Shown: positions 63,651 to 64,000 of the stretch, piece after piece
Layout of the letters: every line of letters begins with the position of its first letter
How positions within the stretch are numbered: position 1 is the first letter of the stretch
DNA from: Hemiscyllium ocellatum
Taxonomy: Eukaryota
Direction: 5' to 3'
Assembly: GCF_020745735.1 (NCBI RefSeq)
Contig: NC_083427.1
Location: forward strand, 2,697,438 to 2,761,437
Length of the DNA: 64,000 nt
Program-made: the position numbers and the translations under genes
Notes under the pieces: model-generated
Databases searched by the model: none
Told to the model about the DNA's origin: nothing
What the model saw: the letters and a program-made list of their open reading frames with translations, nothing else

Positions 63651-64000
63651 AAGAGAAGGTTGTGGACTGTTGAGAAGTTATTGAGAGTAAGTTAAATACT
63701 GAAGGCCGTGTTGGTATGAGACAGGGCAGGCAGGACAGAGACAGGAAGCAAAGGAAACTGGCTTAAACAATGCAAAAGGCCTGACAGGTAAGACAATTGA
63801 ACTTGAGGCATGAATGGATATGTGGGACTGGGATATTATTGCGATTACAGAAACATGGCTGAGGGAGGGACAGGATTGGTGGCTCAGTGTTCTGGGTTAC
63901 AGATATTACAGCAGGGACAGAAGGGGAGGGGTTGCATTTTGATTATGGAGACCATTGTGGCATTACTGAGAGAAGACACTGAAAGGTTAGTCCACTGAGT

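Overview
Vertebrate, repeat-dense eukaryotic DNA, almost certainly from a shark (HE1-type V-SINEs, CR1 LINEs, shark-type L1 and Penelope-like elements; carpet/bamboo shark is my inference). The genic content is a cluster of KRAB-less C2H2 zinc-finger genes with a single coding exon. Three are intact (ZNF-A 1362-2300 -, ZNF-B 21359-22321 +, ZNF-D 59392-60321 +), one has a broken start (ZNF-C, ~40.4-40.7 kb -), one is a decayed pseudogene (~45.3-45.7 kb -), and one 'orphan' locus keeps promoter and leader but has no fingers (~25.7-29.7 kb). Each locus except the 45 kb pseudogene has a homologous CpG-island promoter with NRF1- and YY1-like motifs. The most notable non-genic signals are: (i) many minimal type I hammerhead-ribozyme motifs on Penelope-like elements and on tiny, often palindromic, TSD-flanked derivatives, one lying sense in the probable ZNF-A 3'UTR; (ii) a complete, TSD-flanked, ORF1-only 'half-L1' element; (iii) a ~470-bp spacer-less palindrome; (iv) a near-invariant three-finger cassette shuffled among the ZNF genes; (v) nested old LTR elements. 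All calls were made by eye, without alignments or database searches, so repeat boundaries are approximate.
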